Shown in pieces: positions 25,410 to 38,036 of a stretch of 64,000 nucleotides of DNA. The notes beneath the pieces were generated by a model. The model did no database searches and had not been told where the DNA came from. It worked only from the letters and a program-made list of their open reading frames with translations. The DNA comes from Squalus acanthias. Lineage: Eukaryota. The translations under genes and the position numbers were made by a program. Every line of letters begins with the position of its first letter. Position 1 is the first letter of the stretch. The DNA is taken from positions 69,132,001 to 69,196,000 of the forward strand of contig CM059438.1 in NCBI GenBank assembly GCA_030390025.1, read 5' to 3'.

Positions 25410-26809
25410 TGTAGCGGGTGGTGGTTTGCATCAGCTTCACCTCTGACTTCTGAGCGGTTCGAATCGCTCCCACTCCCTTGGTTCTAGACCTTGGACATTT
25501 TTGGGGGTTGTGATAAAAAGTGCAGCAGACAATTGGGTTTGATACAAGAACTTTGATCTTTATTTAAGAAAGTAAAACACAACACAAACACTCTTAACAC
25601 TCTAAAGGTGGGGAACACTTTGTACCAGCGAGGGAAATAACATTAGAAGAATACTTCACCCCTCCCAATCCCACTTCTCTAGCTAGGTTGGGCTCTGGAG
25701 AACCAGGGATAATGCTCACCAAATGAATCCTTGATAGTTGAGAGTTAGGATTTAGAGTCTTTTGAGTAAAAAGTTTCGTAAGGCCCTTGTTGCCGCGAGG
25801 TGTCCGATGGTCACTGAGGCGGTCGCTCAGGTCTCTTCTTGTGTGTCGGCCTACTTCTGGAGCTGTTGGCCTTCTTTGTTGAACTTCTTTCTGTTGAACT
25901 CTGCCTCTGTTTAAACTGTCTTCTTCCGAGCTGTGGAACTGCCTTCTTGCAGAACTGTGGAAACTGCCTTCTGCCTGCTTGTTGAACTCCTTGCTGCTGT
26001 GTAACTCTACTGGAGAACTCAAACTTGAACTGTTGTGCTGGAGAACTGGAGAACTCCCTTCATACTGAACTGTCTTCTTTAACTGCCCAACTTGCTTCTC
26101 CTGAACTCTGTAACTCCAGCACTGACTTCTGCTGAAAACAGGCTTTCAATTGAACTCGAAACTGCAGAACTGCCTTCTGTTGAACTTGAACTGTTTTACT
26201 GGAGAACTGACTTCTTGAGAAAACAGCCGATCAATTATACTAATTGAAGCTTCCTTATCAAAACCAAATCAAATCCCGGTCATTGTAAGACTTTTGGAGG
26301 CCTCGTTAACAGTAACGACTTTACTAGCGTGTTAACTGGTTTTTGGGATGGCTTGCGTCCTGTCGATCTCCTTGGTTGATTACAGTTGATTGGTTTTGTG
26401 TTTGGTTTTCTAGGCTGGACTCGGTCTTTCTATAGAATGGGTCTGAGTGATTTGTATTATGCATGTTTCTGATGGGCCCTGTAATCGGTTTTGATGGGGC
26501 CTGTCTTTGGGTGGGACTGTCTTCTCCCAGGGTCTATTGTTCAAATGTTAATGTCTGCTGGGGCTTGAGTGAGATCATCCCAGTTCCCCAGACAGTGTAA
26601 TTAACTGCAATAGCCAAACTGCTTTTACAGAGGTCGACCCCAACTCCTTGTCCCTTTACAGGCCCAGACATGTTTTTGAAATGCCAAAACTTGTTTTTTT
26701 GGTCTTAAATTCCTTAGGTTAGGCCCAAATGCATTTTTATCACTCTGAGGTAGTTCCAAAGTCCTTTTTCCTTAGGTTTTGGGGATCTGCAAATTTTGGA
26801 AACCTTACA
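25410..26809 (-). mobile_element. Solo LTR, copy 1 (1.4 kb)
   Basis: TGTA...TACA termini, 4-bp TSD AGTG; minus-strand TATAA (26235-26239) and AATAAA (25559-25564); ends homologous to 40346-42062. Confidence 0.85.
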
Positions 26810-28330
26810 AGTGCAGTTAGTCAACAATCAAGGGAAGCCAAAGTAATGATGGCCTTCTTGCATAGACCAATTAACTACAGTCTCTACAAGGACTGTAATT
26901 CCTAACTCAACATATTCATGATTGGACAGGTTTGATGAGTAGAAAACGCCCTTCTATACATTCATGCATTTTTTTTTTATCCATTTGTGTTCATTATCAC
27001 AATTAAAATTCATAAGTTGTTGCTTTCTCCTACTCTTCAGATGCAAACATGCTCTTTCAGTATTATAATTAACAATATTTTTAACCTCTTTATTTTTCTC
27101 TCCTTTTAGTTCTCACACTATTTGCTGTTCCCCTGCCAATAACGTAGGCTGATGATCAGCTCTTCTCTGTAATCATCTGCTTGAAGGTGGATGAGAGTCG
27201 CTTGGATTGACTAGTTCATTTATTCTCCTCCTCCTTCTTGTGAGAGAATTTGCTGGCCTTTGCTCTGCTGTGCCACTCAACAGTCTCTTGCTGTGAACTC
27301 ATCATGTGCAGAATCACAGATTCCCGCCTCCATCCTACTTCAGTGGTGCTCCCGGTTGGGACAAAGTACACTGGACTGTCATTAAATTCAGCATTTATTC
27401 TGCCACTTGGAGCAGTCCTGATCAAGAGATTCTATAACTTGGCAGAGCAGGAATCTTCTAGGTAGTTCCAAAAACAAATTACAAGATGAAGACTTGCAAA
27501 TAACTCTTCAAATATTGTCATTTAAAAGTTACTTTGAAGAGTTGCGTAGTCACACGCTCTTGTAGGAAGTACCTCAGCTCTGTCATTTTAAGCACATTTT
27601 GTGACCTTACCAAAGTAATACTGGAAACCTGATAGTGCAGGAGACCCAGGAATCCTCCCCACTCCACACACTTATGTTTGGCCAGGTGCAACTATTTTAT
27701 TATCATCTTGTGCTCTGAATTGACTATAATGCTCAGCAATAATATTTGTAATACTACTGTGTGGCTTGTGTGAATGTGAACGCAGTGCATCATGGCTAAA
27801 ATTTTGATATAAATAGCATCTTTTCACATAAAAGTGTCACAAGAGCTTGTTATACCGAAGTTGTAATTTTCTTGGAGCAACTGTGAAAATTGCCCCCTTT
27901 GTGTCCATTGAGACTTTACAAAGGCTATCTTCCCCTTCCTCTATCTATTGCAGGCTAAAAAACAGTAATATATTTTCCACAGACAGATTACTAGCGAAGG
28001 CTAGGAAAGTGTTTCCAAGATTGCTGAAGGAGGATACAGAGGTGCAGGATTTTGTATAGGTTTCTGCCATTCTATCCTGCACAATGCTGACGAAAGTATT
28101 AAAAATGCTTCGCTGTCTGAGGAATCTCTCTTGTTTTAATGTCTGTGATTGGATTTAGATGCCACAGTGCTCCCCTCTGGAAGGACATCTTGATCCGATG
28201 CTTAACTGTCCACCTAATTTCTCTCTTAATACTGAATTCTTAATTTCTTTGCAGGGGCTCCTCAGCTCATTGCACTTTCCTTTTACGCACTCTTGCACAA
28301 TTCTGCACTTGTCTGGAGGATACAGACATC

Positions 28331-29060
28331 GGCCTAGAAGTTGGTCCACGCAGCGCCCATTTTTTGGGCATTACTCAGACTACCAAGGTCCCAATAGGCG
28401 GACAGGAAATGCGTAAGTGCGCTGCCCTATTGGGTAAGGACAAAAATTACGCATCCTTTACCCACGCCTGAAACAGGCATTAGGCCCCTTATTTGCATAT
28501 ACAAAGGGCCTAACACCTGTTTGCCTCCTCTTCTCCAAGACTGGTTTTCCCTGAGGCAGCCAGCACTGGCGCGCGGGGAAATCAAGACTAGGGACAACCT
28601 GCTATGCCCAACCAAACAGGTAAGTAACTCCACATTAAAGGAACCGATCGCCCCCTGCTACCCCCACTGCCACCCCCCCCCCCCACCCCCCACCCCCGGC
28701 ACCAGCCCCATCACCAACGCTCCCGATCCCCAAACCCTGGTCCCATAATTCCCAGCCCCTACCCCAGCCTTGACTCCCAGCCAGATCCCAGACCTGACCT
28801 GATCCCTAACCCGGACTCCCGGCCCAAACTTGACCTTGATCACCGACCTGAGCCCCGGCCTTGATCCTCGTACCAACTTCAGGACCCACTTACCTGAGGG
28901 CCGTTGCCCGCTAGCAGTGGCCCAATTTTGCACTCCTTGTATCTGGCGGGCTCTCATCGCCATACTGGCTACATTAAAATGAGGCCCGAGGACCAATATT
29001 TGAGGCACCTTGGAACTGTACCCTGTCCCCCCACGCGGCCAAAAATGAGTGCGCCACTGG
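28331..29060. mobile_element. Harbinger-type MITE, right end truncated
   Basis: Left end GGCCTAGAAGTTGG; subterminal inverted repeat GCGCCCATTTTTTGGGC / GGCCAAAAATGAGTGCGC; C-rich internal repeats. Confidence 0.6.
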
Positions 29061-30095
29061 CAACTGTCTGAGGCTGAACCAGACTGTTCAGCCTCAGATA
29101 ACGGGTAAGCCATTTAGGACAGAAATGAGGAAGAAATTTCTTCACCCAGAGAGTGGTGAACCTGTGGAATTCTCTACCACAGAAGGTAGTTGAGGCCAAG
29201 TCGTTAAATATATTCAAGAATGAGTTAGATATATTTCTTAAAGCTAAAGGTATCAAGGGATATGGGGAGAAGGCAGGTACAGGGTACTGAGTTTGGATGA
29301 TCAGCCATGATCTCATCGAATGGCGGAGCAGGCTTGAGGGGCCGAATGGCCTACTCCTGCTCCTATCTTCTATGTTTCTATGTTCGCAACTTGGTGTCAT
29401 ATTTGATCCCAAGATGAGCATCCGACCACATATCCGCGCCATCACTAAGACCGCCTACTTCCACCTCTGTAAAATTGCCCGACTGCACCCCTGCCTCAGC
29501 TCATCTGCTGCTGAGACCCGCATCCATGCATTTGTTACCTCTAGACTTGACTATTCCAACACACTCCTGACCAGCCTCCCATCTTCCACCCTCCATAAAC
29601 TTAAGGTCATCCAAAACTCTGCTGTGCGTATCCTAACTCGCACCAAGTCCCGTTCACCCATCATCCCTGCAATTGCTGACCTACATTGGCTCCCGGATGA
29701 GCTTCGTCTCAATTTTAAAATTCTCATCCTTGTTTTCAAATCCCTCCATGCCCTCGCCACTCCCTATCTCTGTAACCTCCTCCAGCCGTACAACCCGCCG
29801 AGATATCTGCCTCCAATTCTGCCTCTTGCACATCCCCAATTTTAATTGCTTCACCATTGGCGGCTGTGCTTTCATCTACCGAGGCCCTGAGCTCCAGAAT
29901 TCCCTCCCTAAACCTCTTTCCCTCTCTACCTCTCTTTCCTCCATTAAGATGCTCCTTAAAACCTATCTCTTTGACCAAGTTTTGGTTATCTGACCTAATA
30001 CCTCCTTAAGTGGCTCGGTATCAACTTTTGTTAACGCTCTTGTGAAGGGCCTTGGGATGTTTTGCAGGCCCTATATCATATAAGTTGTTTTTGTT
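29061..30095 (+). mobile_element. L2-clade LINE 3' fragment
   Basis: LGVIFDP, HAFVTSRLDYSN, LHWLP, FKILILVFK; GTGAAG..CCTTGGGA tail. Confidence 0.9.
29090..29385 (+). mobile_element. CR1 3' fragment nested in L2
   Basis: RRNFFTQRVV-like region plus (TTCTATG)n tail; TGTTC at both junctions. Confidence 0.9.
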
Positions 30096-30991
30096 GTAAC
30101 ATTTCTCACTTTCTGAAATATGTCAGATCAGGTTGACCTTTATCCAGAACACAGCTTACTTCTGGGCATAAAAATAAATTAAGCTGAAAAATTTGATTAA
30201 AAGCAGAAGAGAAAAATTAATATTGCCTCAAATGCTTTATCACTGTGAGCTAGGGGATCTTGTTCACCAATAAAAGTCCAGCACCTGTGAATTGATGGTG
30301 ACTAAAAATGGCATGCTTCGAGCCTTTTCATTCTGTAACTGGAGCAGGCAGAAAATTAATCATGATAACATAATTTTGATTTCTCTGGTGCCCACCTGGA
30401 GAACTGACATCAATATTGTGGATCAGACAGTGCAATGCAAAGTACTGACTCATAGAATATGTCAGAATCATTTGAAATGAAGCATTTCCACAGTTCCATC
30501 CATAGTTACTCTTGTTCTGAAATAACCCTCACTTACACAGACCTTTGAATAATTCCCTCAATTTTCAGTCAAAATACGTTGCAGATGATACAAAAATTGA
30601 CCGTGTGGTTGATAGTGAGGAAGAAAGCTGTAGACTGCAGGAAGAGATCAATGAACTGGTCAGGTGGGCAGAAAAGTGGCAAATGGAATTCAATTCGGAG
30701 AAGTGTGAGGTAATGCATTTGGGTGGGCTAACAAGGCAAAGGAATACACAATAAATGGTAGGATACTGAGAAGTATAGAGGAACAGAGGGACCTTGGAGT
30801 GCATGTCCACAGATCGCTGAAGGTAGCAGAACAGGTAGATAAGGTGGTTAAAAAGGCATACGGGATACTTTCCTTTATTAGCCAAGGCATAGAATATAAG
30901 TCATGATGCGGAGATGCCGGTGTTGGACTGGGGTGGACAAAATTGAGAGGTCGCACAACACCAGGTTATAGTCCAACAGTTTTATTTGAAA

Positions 30992-31033
30992 TCACAAGCT
31001 TTCGGAGCTATCGATTGCTCCTTCCTCAGGTGA
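30992..31033 (-). ncRNA. Minimal hammerhead ribozyme (mirror copy, element-sense strand)
   Basis: Exact reverse complement of 31313-31354. Confidence 0.85.
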
Positions 31034-31312
31034 AGTAAATTAGATACAGAATCGCCAAAGCATATATAGATAGAGAACAAAGCATGTGTACCTTACAATT
31101 GCAGACCACTAAATTAAATCATCCTGACTATCTGCCGAGGTGTGATAAAGTGTGCTATGTCTTTGATGTGGTACCTTCCTGGCTGACTTGATTAACTTTA
31201 TCACACCTCGGCAGATAGTCAGGATGATTTAATTTAGTGGTCTGCAATTGTAAGGTACACATGCTTTGTTCTCTATCTATATATGCTTTGGCGATTCTGT
31301 ATCTAATTTACT

Positions 31313-31354
31313 TCACCTGAGGAAGGAGCAATCGATAGCTCCGAAAGCTTGTGA
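31313..31354 (+). ncRNA. Minimal hammerhead ribozyme (PLE type)
   Basis: UCAC-CUGAGGA-A-GGAGC(AAUCGAUA)GCUCC-GAAA-GC-UU/GUGA: stem I UCAC:GUGA, stem II GGAGC:GCUCC, palindromic AGCU in place of stem III. Confidence 0.85.
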
Positions 31355-33299
31355 TTTCAAATAAAACTGTTGGACTATAACCTGGTGTTGTGCGACCTCT
31401 CAATAGAATATAAGAGCAGGGAGGTTACGCTTGAGTTGTATAAAACACTAGTTAGGCCGCAGCTAGAGTACTGCGTAGAGTTCCGGTCACCACATTACAG
31501 GAAAGATATGATTGCACTAGAGAGGATACCGAGGAGATTTACGAGGATGTTGCCATGACTGGAGAATTTTAGCTATGAGGAAAGATTGGATAGGCTGGGG
31601 TTGTTTTCTTTGGAACAGAGGAGGCTGAGGGGAGACTTAATTGACGTGTATAAAATTATGAGGGGCCTAGATAAAGTGGATAGGAGAACCTATTTCCCTT
31701 AGCAGCGAGGTCAATAACCAGGGGGTATAGATTTAAAGTAATTGGTAGAAGGATTAGAGGGGAGTTGAGGAGAAATGTTTTCACCCAGAGGGTGGTGGGG
31801 GTCTGGAACTCACTGCCTGAAACGATGGTAGAGGCAGTAACCCTAATCGCATTTAAAAAGTATTTGGATATGCACTTGAAGTGCCGTGACCTACAAGGCT
31901 ACGGACCAAGAGCGGAAAGTGGGATTAGGCTGGATAGCTCTTTTGCGGACGCGATGGGCCGAATGGCCTCCTTCTGTGCCGTAAATGTCTACAAGTCTAT
32001 GCCTGCTTTTAGATAGGAAATGGTTTTGAGAATAGCAAAAGATAAAAGTTTAACTTGAATCCATCTGCATGCAAACTTTTTGGCTTCTGGGTTTTCCTGA
32101 CTCTTCCTCTCCATAGCCTCTTCGAAAGTACTTTTAGAAAGATTTGTACCCTAATGCTTTCTAGTGCTCTAAGTCTTGAAACAACTTGAGCTCTTTTGTC
32201 CTGTTTTATAACTCTCATCCTCTCCAACAGGACAAGAGGTATATTGTGTGTTGAAATGTTTGATGTTCACTTTGGACCTAACCCGCCTTCCACCCTCCTC
32301 CCCTCCTCCCCCCCCTGCCCCACCGCAATTAATCTTGAAAATTTTATTCCTGGACCAAAGAAAATGTGTACACCCGATTATTATATCCAATATGTTCACC
32401 CAGCGTGAGCAGGGGTTTTGCGTAATACAGACCTACGCTGTGACTTTCTGCAGCTCTGAATCAAAAGGATGTTAAATTTGCAATGACCACTTGATCAGTT
32501 CTAGATGTAGCTAATGTATTTTCAGAGAGGCAATTTCCTTGATGCAGCAATAATTCTTTTCTTTGGGGATCTTTCTATGCAGGGAATTGTGGGTAAAAAT
32601 CCATACTGTGACATTCCCTGTTACAAAAAAGCCTTCTGCTAATGCATTGTGTCATTGTGCCTCTGTGACTTCTATTGAGATGTTTAATGCTATAATACCA
32701 CGACATGTTGTGACTGATCAAAGGAGTTGTATTTTTCTGTAAGACAGGAGAGTGCATGTGTGCGTACCTACATCTGCTGTCATTACATATTGTAGAGCGT
32801 GAGAGAGTTTCTTTGTGTACTGAAGATTCGCCAAGATCTCAAAGTTTTTGTGTTCAATAAAAATTACTTTGACAGAAACAGGAACTGCACAGCATGTGGA
32901 TCAGCATTTGCAAGATCAAGGTAGGTGAATGTTTAAGATATGACCCCCTTATCAGAATGCCCATCGTCAAGCTAAAGGAGCCCCTTTCAGAGTTTGAACG
33001 GTTAGGTTTTTAACTCTGAATCAGAAGGCATTAAGAACTGATACCTCTCCCACTTGCCTGCTTCAGTTGGATGAATGCTGTCCATGTCTCAAGAGAAGAC
33101 CAAAAAGACAGAGGGATTAGAAGAACTGGAGTACACCCAGAGTTAACTGCCTTGACAAAAAGGGAGACAGTGGGATTGATAGCATTTTAAGATGCTGGAA
33201 AGAACGTGATATAAAGGTCACCTCAGATGGAGGCAATATACAAAAGTACTTGAAAGACAAGGCTGTTGGAGGGATAGGGGGTGAGGCAAGTCAGATATG

Positions 33300-33550
33300 T
33301 CTCCAAATATATTAAAAGAAAGACAGTGATAAAGGAGAATGTGGCCCATAAATATGGATAGAGGAGAGACTATAATGGATAATAAGAAAATGGCAGACTT
33401 GTTAAATGAGTACTTTGCATCCGTTTTCACACTGGAAGAAGAGAACAAAATACCAGAGATGCAAAGAAACCAAAATGGAGTTGAGGTTCAGATCAGCTTA
33501 GTTCTAACTGAATGATGGAACAGGCTCGAGGGACTGAATTGCCTGCTGCA
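33300..33550 (+). mobile_element. Degenerate CR1 fragments
   Basis: MADLLNEYFASVFTLE-like coding segment and the AATGATGGAACAGGCTCGAGGG 3'UTR motif. Confidence 0.7.
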
Positions 33551-34429
33551 GTTGGAAAAGAGCAGAATGTGAATACTGCAAGAACCAAGCATGATAGAAG
33601 TGTCAGCTAAGACCTGAAGTCGTTGAAGTCAATATTCAGACTAAAAGGTTGCAGTGCCCTTAGGAGGAAGATAAGATAACTTTCCAGAAGCTTGTACTGA
33701 ATATTTTTGAAGCAATATCAGACACCAAAGGTAGAATGTTCAGAGTGGAGTGGGCGAGAAACCAGACTTATTGAGATGTTTTGTTTCTTTATCCTAAAGA
33801 AGCAACTGCAGCAAAATTTTCAAATTCTGAAGGTTTGAGACAGTCTATGAAAATGAAACTTCAACAACAACCGAGAAAAGCTAAGGAAATGTTGAAAGAC
33901 ATATTTTTTAAATGGTTTCTTGCTATTAGGTATGTGCAGTATGTTGTAAAACCATATGACTAACTTTATTTGCCAGGCAAGGCAAGTCTTATCAGGATAC
34001 CCTATTAATTCATGTGCTTTTCTCTGGTTGCTATTCAGGGTTGGTGGGTACAGAGTCACGTTGAATGATGTTGAGACTCTGAGAAAGATGCACAAGCCAC
34101 CTTGATTACTCAAAAATAGATACTTATCTCTCCGCTATTGCTGTTTGTTTGACCTTTTAGGGTTGGCTCCTGCACTCTGCAGGATTGTACAAGTACTTCA
34201 GCTGACCTAGTTAATTCATTGTTGCAATCCTCTTCAAGAGGAACTGGTCTTAATCCTTATCAATTCTGAAAAACATGTCAAAATATTTTGTTTTCTTTTG
34301 TGGAATGCAGACCATCTGCAAAAATGAATCCTATAAAATTTAAAGGTGAATTTTATAAAGTAAAATTGGAAATGTATGCAGGGCCATAAATTGTTGTATC
34401 ATTTGGAAGTTAAGCGGGTACTGGGGCCT

Positions 34430-34670
34430 CCCAGTCAACGTGGTTTCCCACAACTCGTTTGATCGCCATAGGGGGTCGGAGAGGAATTTCCCAGAATTCT
34501 TTCCTAAATTAGCCAAAGGCTTTTTCGTCCCTCTCGAGATGGTGTGACTGGTGGGTGGGAGACGCAGATGGGGTTGACGATGTGTAGTAGGTACACCATG
34601 ACCATATAGGAGACGCGCGATGGACTAGCTGGTCTTTTCCTGTCCTTCTTATTCATTTGTTTGTATCTTT
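34430..34670 (+). mobile_element. CR1-3'UTR/SINE-like remnant
   Basis: TGATCGCC..GGGGTCGGAGAGGAATTTCCC...GGCTTTTTCGTCCCTC and the tail GATGGACTAGCTGGTCTTTTCCTGTCC. Confidence 0.5.
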
Positions 34671-36650
34671 TTTTTCCTCATGTGAGGCGATGCTTTAATC
34701 TTGGGCTGCGCAGGAGCTCGAGGGATTAGGTTTTTAACTCTGAATCAGAAGGCATTAAGGACTTGATGCCTTCTCCCACATGCCTGCTCCAGTTGGATGA
34801 GCTGTGTCCATGTGGATCATGCAGAAGTGAGACATTCAGAAAGGGAAAGAAAAGAATTACAGCTTGTGGCCTCTTGCTGACTGATTGCAGGCCTGTAGGA
34901 TGCTGCTCATGAGGAGGACAATATTCAAAGTTTTTAAACCATTGTGACCACTGAAATGGAAGAGAATGCATGGGCATCAGCGGTCTGACTGCAGAGATGA
35001 AAAAGGATGTAAAAGTTTGAGTAATATTTTTAATTTGGATACAGAAATGCTGCCTCAGAGTCCGCGGAGTTGTGAAGAAGCAAATGAAATCATGAGGTGA
35101 AAATGTAGAATGATGAACAGCTGCTAAAATGCTTGCTCTCAGCTCAAGTTTAGATGGCATTCACTGAAGTTATTAGTGTCAGGTTATCCACACTTAAAGG
35201 CTGTGCTCCTTTATATATTTTTTTTACCAATTCAGGGGTCATTGAGAAGGGACAACTTCTCCAGAGAACAGGGAGTTAGAAGCAGACAGGCACAGTACAG
35301 CGTGGGAGTTGAATTTTCCTATCCGTTATTATTATTAAAGCTCACCTACTTGTTACTGCACAAGTCTGAGTCTGGTTAGAGAAACCATAACACAAGAAGC
35401 TACTTGGGACTTCAGTGAGAAATAAAATGGGAAATACATCTGCTGGGAACTCTTAAACACTAATCACTTTTTCTAAAGATGAAAAGATGCAAAAGTTCAT
35501 GAAATATCTTTTTTAATTGTTTCTTCACTGTTTCTTTGCTTACTTCTGCAATCTTCGTTATAAAGATATATCTCTTTCCAGGAGGTATGTAATATCAGAC
35601 AAGTAACTTCCAATTTGGGAATACCGAGAGCCTGAGGTGCTAGAAACTATGTGGTGGACTTGTCCTCAAAGGAACAGTTACATTGTTTAGCTGATGCTCA
35701 AAAAACATGCTGCCACTTGTCATCAACTAGTTCCAAACTGGGATAAAGGATGCAGGGAAAATGACCATCGCAGCAAGGTGAATTACTCAGTTGAAACAGC
35801 AAACTTAGGATATTTACTGTGAATATAGAGCCATCAGCAGGACAGGCTGAGTAACTACCAGTTTGTCTAGCATCTGCCATTGTGGAGGGTTTGGGGAGTG
35901 GTCAACAAGTATTGTTGTTGTCAAGAGTTTGTTATGTTATAGCCAATAACTTATCCACACACATTGAAGGAAACAGAGAGACAAAATGGCTACAGGCTCT
36001 TTGGGCTCGTGATAAATTGACCAACGTTTTGCACAATCTTCCCCCAACCATTCACCGCCCACACCCTAAAAAAACACAGAAAATTGCAATGGACTTTCCA
36101 GCAAAGCAGTTCAAAAATAGAGCATGTAGGACTAATGACTTCGATATGCAAAAGAGATATCTGCCTAGTATTACTCCACATAGTATCTATCTATCCAACT
36201 ACCCACCTGCCTACCTAATATTTATAATATATCAAACATCTTACATCTGCACACACTTCCTGTCCACAAAACCTTAGTTCCTTAACATTGTTGTCATACT
36301 GTTGTATCAACTTTTTGAGATTCAGAGCTGAAGCTTCAGCCTCCAGTCGACGGGGCTCTCTGGAGTAGTTGTTTGAACCCTGCATCTTCTGATTAAGAAG
36401 AGACGGGAATGCTACCACTAAGCCAAAGGTTCGCTCCTACATCAGAGTTCATCTTGTACAATGCCTTAGTAATACTGCGTATCGAAGTCATTAGTAATAC
36501 TGAGAAGCCCTTTCCTGACCTGAGGGAAGCATGTTGAAATGTTGGGCACAATGGTGTTGCCCTGCTACACTTGATGCTCTCAATGTGCAGCCCCTACACA
36601 AACCTCACAACTCCCTTCTGCGTCTTTTCTGTCAGACTTGTCTGTTTAGA

Positions 36651-37124
36651 TGTCAGCCTTGTCTTAGTGGCAGTACTCTCGCCTCTGCGTCAGAAGGGCA
36701 GAAGGTTATGGATTCAAGTCCCAACACCAGAGGCTTGAGCACATAATCCAGGCTGACACTCCCAGTGCAGTAATGAAGGAGTGCTGCGCTGTCGGAGATG
36801 CCGTCTTTCGGATGAAATGTTAAACAGAGGCCCCGTCCAGCCTCTCAGGTGGACGTAAAAGATCCCATGGCACTATTTCAAAGGAGAGCACGGGAGTTCT
36901 CCCTGGTGTCCTGGCCAATATTTATCCCTCAACCAACGTCACTAAAACCGATTATCTGGTCATTATCACATTGCTGTTTATGGGACTTGCTGTGCGCATT
37001 GTTGGCTGCCGTGTTTCCTATCTTACAACAGTGACTACACTTCCAAAGTACTTCATTGGCTGTAAAGCATTTTGGGATGTCCTGAGGTTGTGAAAGGCTC
37101 TATATAAATGCAAGTTCTTTCTTT
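36651..37124 (+). mobile_element. Full-length Deu-domain tRNA-SINE
   Basis: tRNA-like head (GTCTTAGTGG...GGATTCAAGTCCC), Deu core and tail. Confidence 0.92.
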
Positions 37125-38036
37125 ATTTCTTCCTGCTTCCCTTCATCAATTTACCAACAAGTACAATATTTAAGGATAGGATCCATTGTTCTGCTATTGC
37201 TATTGTCAAGCTACAGCATGCTATAATTAATTTCAAACAAATTGTTCTATTTTATAAATCTACATTGCTTTATAATTTGATAACCTGTTTCTGGAAATCT
37301 GAGTGCTGCTTTTTTGAACAACACGAACATCTGTTCCATTTGGGCACTGTCAGTAATGGTAATGTCATGAAAGTTATGGACCAGATGATGCTCACTTGTA
37401 GTTATTCCATTTAGCTTTCCCGCAGCTGCGAGATTCTTTCTTGTCTCGCTTATTTTAGTGGAGACAAACCATAATATCAAACAAAAGAAGGCTCTGGGAA
37501 CACTACTGGGGAGTGAACACGCCATGTTCCATTGAAATCAAATAACTAAAATATATATGTTGATGCTCAGCTCCTTCTCCACTTACAATGCAACACAATT
37601 ATAAATGTGATAATATTTGTCTATTCTATTCATTGTGACATAATATGTGTGAACGTGTGTGTGAGTGAGTTACTCGCTTGCTCTACCGCTGTAAAACAAG
37701 ATCGATTACTGAATAATTAATGTCACTTTATTACCTTATTTAGTTGCTGAATGACATCCTGTATCAACGCCACATCAGAAGTCCCAGCATCCAATTAACT
37801 CCAAAGCAGGCAACCAAAGCTTCCAAATTACTCCACTAGGTTGTTCTGTATATATAATCTCCGGTGTATATATCCAGATTTTAGACTTTTATCTTTTTGA
37901 GGTGATTGCGCTTGGTAACTCCAGTGAAGAACACACTGATTATTCTCAGTGATTTCTCTTTATGGCTGCTGAAAGCTTCAGAAAACATGATCGACAAGAG
38001 GAAGTCCCACTATCTGAAATCCAACATGTAGCTGCT

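Larger units (their letters stand above)
30901..31402 (-). mobile_element. Penelope-like element: pLTR with inverted 5' pLTR copy
   Basis: 12-bp TSD ATAGAATATAAG (30889-30900 / 31403-31414); inverted arms 30942-31151 and 31195-31404; 41-nt unpaired 3' extension at 30901-30941; hammerhead motif in the pLTR. Confidence 0.9.
30570..31998 (+). mobile_element. CR1 3' fragment interrupted by a Penelope-like insertion
   Basis: ADDTKI, FNSEKCEVMH, RPQLEYCV and FTQRVVGVWNSLP motifs. Confidence 0.93.

Noticed and set aside
25594..26022. 142-aa ORF as a viral accessory gene in the LTR
   Set aside because: It has a non-ATG start, arises from short GAACT repeats and is not conserved in the other two LTRs.
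32880..32960. Additional functional hammerheads (also 3200-3230, 55190-55228)
   Set aside because: The catalytic CUGANGA/GAAA cores are mutated; these are relics only.
36651..36730. tRNA genes at SINE heads (also 49360-49435, 62086-62160, 16650-16721)
   Set aside because: No full cloverleaf is present, and each continues into a SINE or LINE body.
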